NCBI RefSeq assembly: GCF_026210795.1
Contig: NC_089429.1
Coordinates: forward strand, 1,798,001-1,862,000
Source: Rhizophagus irregularis
Taxonomy: Eukaryota
Direction of reading: 5' to 3'
DNA length: 64,000 nucleotides
Part shown: piece after piece, positions 60,561 through 64,000 of the stretch
Position numbering within the stretch: the first letter of the stretch is position 1
Layout of the letters: every line of letters begins with the position of its first letter
Program-made: the position numbers and the translations under genes
The notes under the pieces: model-generated
Databases searched by the model: none
What the model was told of the DNA's origin: nothing
What the model saw: the letters and a program-made list of their open reading frames with translations, nothing else

Positions 60561-62269
60561 ATAAATTATATCATAATTAAATAAGCCTAAAAACTCGCGA
60601 ATAAGCCACGTTTATTTATTTATATACGTGGCATTAATTTCTTTACTAAGCCATGCGTTCTAAATAATCAATAAATTGAAGATTGCCACGTTAGCCACTG
60701 CTAGATACAACTAAGCCATTCGCAGTTTGTTATGATTTTATGACTTAATCAGATTAACCAGCCTTCTTGAATGATGCAATATTTTATACTTATTCAGCTT
60801 AGGCGCTTAGAAAAATCATAAGCCTACATTATTTACGTACGTGGCATAATATATAAAATTTATATTAAATTATGTAAAAAGTTTCTAAATTAACTTCATT
60901 TGTTCTTATAATAAGTTCCAATATATAAAAAATTTTCTAATGTTGCCTTCATGGCTATGTATTTGTTTAGCAAAATACAATTTTAAATACGATTTACAAT
61001 AATACTAAAGGATATTTTTTTTTCTCATATAGTCAAGGAGCAAGTCACTATGCAGTATGAAACTTTCGGATACATTTGGAATTCCGAAAAATTATTATCA
61101 GATATCTATCAGAAAATAAGAAAAGTGCCCAACCTCGGCTTCAAATAATGCAAATCATGTGAGGAAAATTTGATTATGAGCAATAAATTAAATTATATTC
61201 TCTTGATTTTATTATGTTTTAGTTTATAAAATTACATTACAAACACAGTAATATCATATTATATAAGTGAATAAGTAATTGAAGCAATAAGAAAATTATT
61301 CCATAGTAAAAAGATAATTGAAAATTCGGCGTTTAACGGTAAAATGATGAAGGAAGATTATAATCTTTATAATATACGTAAGAATAAACGAATTAATGTA
61401 GATCGCTTAAATTTCACTTTAAGTCACATTTTTTCACCTTTTAGTACCTTCCATTCTTTTTACTATCTGCTGAGCCATTTTATCACCTTTAAGCCTTTTT
61501 TATAATTTTTACTGTAATAACATGTCTTATTTGTCTAGAAAATATATATAACTTGGAGCACGTCATTAATATGTGAATCACGTGAGCTACAAAAAAAAAT
61601 TACTGCGCCCTATGAATTACGACATTTCCAATGTTTTTTTTCACTTACATAAATCAAATATTGCAGTGGTATGAATAACTTCTTGAGGTTTAGGTTAATA
61701 TCTTTCCCTTGTTGAAGATAACCAAAAGGATTATTTTAATATAATATAAAAGCCTCGCTGTCATCATAATTATTATACAATATGGTATGTAATGTTCTTA
61801 ATAAATTTTCTTCATTAAAATTTATTTTAAAATCACAAACACATCTTGATCATGGATCAACGGACAATTTGTCAACTTTTCGGTGATCAATTTGTCTAGG
61901 TGATAAGTCGTCCTGCACCAATAGGACCCAAATAATATATAAATAGATAACAAGAGATCGGCACTCATTTCTTTAGGACCAGAATTACGTTATGCCGCTG
62001 TCATTATCCAATAAAGGAAGGAACTGTATATATTTTGGTTATATTGCTACCTTTTTATGTATTTTGCTCGGGCCCTGCGCTAATAGTTACCCAATCATCT
62101 ACGAAATGATCAACATTGATTAATAAAAAAACTTGTGGCGTAAAATGTAATCGATCGACAAATAATTGTGTAACTGTGTACGAAAAATGGATAAATTTAC
62201 TCCCATTTTGAGTAAATTTTAAAAAACAAACTTTTTTCCTTTCCCTCTTTTTTTCTTTCTTCATTAAAT

Positions 62270-63913
62270 ATGGCATGTTCAAAAATATGTTCAGGAAATT
62301 TAGTTGAATTAGCGGAAGAAATTATTCAATATTTGAGAGACGATATATCGTCATTATATTCATGTATTTTAGTTAATAGATTATGGTGTCGTATAGCAAT
62401 TCCATTATTATGGGAAGATCCATTTTCGGTTCCTACACAAAAATTTGATTTTATTAAAATTTTATTACGTAGTTTAAATGATGAAGATAAAACAAGATTA
62501 ATTGTAAAATATGGATTTAATAATAATGAATTTTCCCCTAAAACATTATTTAATTACCCTGGTTTTATTAAACGTTTAAATACACAAAACATTAGATTTT
62601 GTATTGAAAATTGGGTTCCAAATTTAACAAATAATTTTGCAAATTCAGCAAATTTATTTTATTGGTTATTATTTAAAACTTTTATTAAAAATGAAATAAA
62701 TTTAAATTCTTTTGAAATAGTAATGCTCATAAGTAGAGATCATAAATATTTTAATGAAGTATTTGATTTAATATTAAAAAATCCGAAATTTATTTATAAT
62801 ATTAAAAATTTAATACTTCATCTTAACTTACTTCCAGGTGTAATGAATATCGTTCCTTTTTTAAATTTTTTAATTTCTAATTGTAATTCAATTTCAACAA
62901 TTTATTTTAAAATTAATAGATGTTTTATTTCATCAATTGAAAAATATTTATCAGAAATTATTCTTTCACAAAAAAATCTTTTAAAAATTTCATTTGAATA
63001 TAAAACTCTTACTTTATATGATTCATTATTATTAACATTGAAAAATCAAAATTGTTCAAACACTTTAAATACAATTATATTTTATTGTATTGATTTTGAA
63101 AATATAATTGATAATTTAAAAGTAATTAATAATTTGAATGTTTTAGATACAATTCATATTCTTTATTGTCATTCTTTAAATTCTAATTTCATTCAACAAA
63201 TAATTAGTATTACCAAGTCATTTAAATTGAAATCTTTATTTATGAGTAAAATATTACAAATAGATTCATTACAATTATTATTACAAAAATTTGGTAATTA
63301 TTTAGAAAATTTTGGATTTGAATTTGGAGATGATGAATATAGTGAACCAAAACGTCAATTACTTGAATTGGTCGTAAAATATTGTACAAAAATTAAATAT
63401 TTTGATTTGGCAGGACCTGATGATAATAATATTAATCCAACATTTAATTTAATTAAGAATAATATGCAAAATCTTAATCATCTTTTTATAGAATTTGATC
63501 TTGAATTTGATGATTATAATTTAAGTGATGATGTTATTAAAATTAGTTCAATTATATTACAAAATTTAGGTCAAATCCTTCCTTCTAGATTAGAATATTT
63601 ATGTTTGGAACTTAGTTTTAATATGAATGATTTGGAAATATTTTTAAATAATTCTCAGAATACTTTTATTAAAAAATTATTAATTAAAAATATAGTACAA
63701 GATGGAAATGATAATCATATTTTATCTTTTATAAAAGATTTTATAAAGAAAAAGAATATGGTTAAATATTTGGCTTTTTCAGAATTTTTGGATGATAATT
63801 ATAATGATTTGTTTTCTTTAAAAGATGAAGTAAATGAATTTAAATCATATAATATAGAAGTTCAAAAGTATAGTGATTTATATATTCGTACTTATGATTT
63901 TGTAAATAATTAA
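62270..63913 (+). CDS. F-box-like domain protein (paralogue 6)
   Basis: 547-aa ORF MACSKICSGNLVELAEEIIQYL...SCILVNRLWCRIAIPLLWEDPF. Confidence 0.9.
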   Translation: MACSKICSGNLVELAEEIIQYLRDDISSLYSCILVNRLWCRIAIPLLWEDPFSVPTQKFDFIKILLRSLNDEDKTRLIVKYGFNNNEFSPKTLFNYPGFIKRLNTQNIRFCIENWVPNLTNNFANSANLFYWLLFKTFIKNEINLNSFEIVMLISRDHKYFNEVFDLILKNPKFIYNIKNLILHLNLLPGVMNIVPFLNFLISNCNSISTIYFKINRCFISSIEKYLSEIILSQKNLLKISFEYKTLTLYDSLLLTLKNQNCSNTLNTIIFYCIDFENIIDNLKVINNLNVLDTIHILYCHSLNSNFIQQIISITKSFKLKSLFMSKILQIDSLQLLLQKFGNYLENFGFEFGDDEYSEPKRQLLELVVKYCTKIKYFDLAGPDDNNINPTFNLIKNNMQNLNHLFIEFDLEFDDYNLSDDVIKISSIILQNLGQILPSRLEYLCLELSFNMNDLEIFLNNSQNTFIKKLLIKNIVQDGNDNHILSFIKDFIKKKNMVKYLAFSEFLDDNYNDLFSLKDEVNEFKSYNIEVQKYSDLYIRTYDFVNN

Positions 63914-64000
63914 TGGGTAACGATTCTGAAGGTATATATGATATATATTAATACAATTCTGATATAAATAAAAAAGGTATATATAAGTTTTATATGATAA

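Overview
Very AT-rich eukaryotic (fungal) DNA with spliceosomal introns. Gene content points to an arbuscular mycorrhizal fungus (Glomeromycotina, Rhizophagus-like; inference from the expanded TKL-type kinase, BTB-TLDc, MATA-HMG and F-box-like families). The window holds six intronless F-box-like paralogues, one BTB/BACK/TLDc gene, disrupted kinase and HMG-box genes, a full-length LINE with TSD and poly(A) tail, a CACTG-terminated DNA element inside the kinase gene, three MITEs and several transposase and kinase relics. Two features missed by the ORF track stand out. (1) A three-exon gene (59979-59672, minus) encodes a 44-aa precursor: signal peptide, LP-DP-EP-NP-EA dipeptide spacer, and a two-cysteine peptide WKCPPFCRK. 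This is a pheromone/peptide-hormone-like architecture, and a second, disrupted small secreted-peptide gene lies 2.4 kb away. (2) A tandem array (11.8-12.8 kb) contains six ~91-nt modules that fold into a four-way junction with compensatory base changes, separated by GTAAGT...TAG intron-like spacers. All calls were made by eye; no database searches were run.
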